A DNA stretch of 51,537 bases, counting the filler, from Sphacelaria rigidula (lineage: Eukaryota): the NCBI GenBank assembly GCA_964200075.2. It is 3 parts of 3 records of this genome, joined end to end, with 100 filler letters (N's around TTAATTAATTAA, not from the genome) between each part and the next. Parts side by side here need not be neighbours in the genome. Positions count along the whole stretch, not along the records: positions 34,428 to 51,537 come from CAXNAA020001167.1; 2 more parts are not named here. One strand, given 5' to 3'. The position numbers and the translations under genes are program-made. This document shows, piece by piece, positions 50,126 through 51,537 of the stretch. The stretch's first letter is position 1. Each line of letters starts with the position of its first letter. The notes under the pieces were generated by a model, which was not told the DNA's origin, made no database searches, and saw only the letters and a list, made by a program, of their open reading frames with translations.

Positions 50126-51369
50126 TGTACTACCGATGAACGTAGCCAAGCCTGCCGAGGTTTAGGGTGACACCATGATGCGACTTGGAGTTTTTGCGGT
50201 TTGCCCTGTTATTCAGTTGGACGTACTATAATTACCATTGCAATACACTCGTGCACTGTACTGTTTGTACAGTCATATGCTCCTTTGTAGCTACTGTCTG
50301 TTACAGTACATACCCCACTTTGATCCATCTGTACTGCGGCACTCTACTGTCGAGCTTGCATTGCACTGTACTCTACTGCATCGCACTGGGATGTACTTTT
50401 AACTACTCTCAGTCGCAGCACTGGGCTGTGTTGTGGTGACCGTAGCAATTTCAACAATGCAGTGGGTGCGCTATCGTAACTCCGCTGCCCTGATGCGCGT
50501 TAGTCCCTTCGTCTGTTTTCGAAGCACTCATGAGCCGGCAGAACCTGCACCCTATCACTGCGGCCGAAGAATCCACGTCGATCCACGTCATATCAGCTTC
50601 CACCATGTACGTTTTAGCGTGCACCCTGAAGTTTCAACGCTTCCACCCTGCACTTTCACTCTATACTCAGAATTTGTTTCCCCGAAACTCTCTAATTTTG
50701 ATGGATACTTCCAGTACATAGTTACCGGTCGATGGTGCCGCGGCCTTTCCGACTGCCTCGTCGTTTTCCAGGGAGATCACGAAGACGATACTGACTGTAA
50801 AATAACTCGGACCGCCATACACGTGCAGGCCATAGCTTCTTGTTCACGTTACGGGGTCGTTGCTTGGCATGAGAGCGGGGGATGGGTGAACCATACAAAG
50901 CCGCTTGCTCTTGTGCAACGAACAATCGCTCCCCAAAAGCCTGTTCTGATAATTCAGAGCCGATTTCTGCTGGCGTACGTGGCTCTGCGGACGGTGCCAC
51001 CTCATCAAGAATCGCTACTGTACTCTCTGGGAGTATTGTAGCCCACTTTTTCGGAGTTTCGTGCGCCCAGTTCGACTTTTGGCCGGATGAACAATTTGTC
51101 GACGAGTCCATGAAAACGGTTTCGCAAGAGACCCAAACAAGGCTGAAAGTACCGGTTAGAAGTCAAAGTAGACATACGAAAAGGTCGGGAAGGGCGCTGG
51201 AACCCTCTAAAAAAATTACAGTAAGACTTTTCGAAGCGTGGCAATCGACCAAGCGTCGAATTACTCGTACTACCCTTGCATGTACCATGAAAAGAATTGG
51301 CACTGAATCGCCTCACAAAATTGTATCAATTCTACGTACGGCTTTTTTGAAAAAATTGTGTTCATTCTT

Positions 51370-51454
51370 ACTATTATTATTATTACTATTATCATTGTTT
51401 TTATTATTTTTATTCTTTTCATCACTATCATTATCACTATTATTATTATTATTA

Positions 51455-51530
<76 letters not shown>

Positions 51531-51537
51531 CATTATT
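51370..51537. repeat. (ATT)n microsatellite at contig end
   Basis: Directly visible; it causes the poly-Ile ORF. Confidence 0.97.

Noticed and set aside
51270..51533. Poly-Ile ORF
   Set aside because: Translation of the (ATT)n microsatellite.

Overview
Eukaryotic, intron-rich, roughly 50% GC nuclear DNA. The gene style (many short exons, long GT-AG introns, stramenopile-type copia Gag) suggests a brown alga, but that assignment is inference. The window is not one locus: two 100-bp N44-TTAATTAATTAA-N44 linkers join three separate contigs (17,115, 17,112 and 17,110 bp). Contig 1 (1-17115) holds the first exon of a Rab escort protein/GDI-family gene (-), head-to-head with an 8-exon, about 1,052-aa 2OG-Fe(II) oxygenase-like gene (+). 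These are followed by a transposon pile-up: a LINE fragment, a rearranged Ty1/copia remnant bounded by inverted LTR starts, and an AGCT-repeat element. Contig 2 (17216-34327) holds an EF-hand gene (+), casein kinase II beta (-), an uncharacterised gene of about 12 exons with a C4 zinc-ribbon motif (-), one RRM exon (+) and several MITEs. Contig 3 (34428-51537) is almost all repeats: a 1.1-kb fold-back, tRNA-derived SINEs, Helitron-like ends and duplicated blocks. Nearly all ORFs in the supplied track are spurious; the gene models here were built by hand from splice signals and reading phase. No clearly new enzymatic system is demonstrable. The best leads are the inverted-LTR copia structure, the AGCT-periodic element, the oxygenase with a roughly 170-aa insertion in its catalytic fold, and the orphan zinc-ribbon gene, which could splice into CK2beta.
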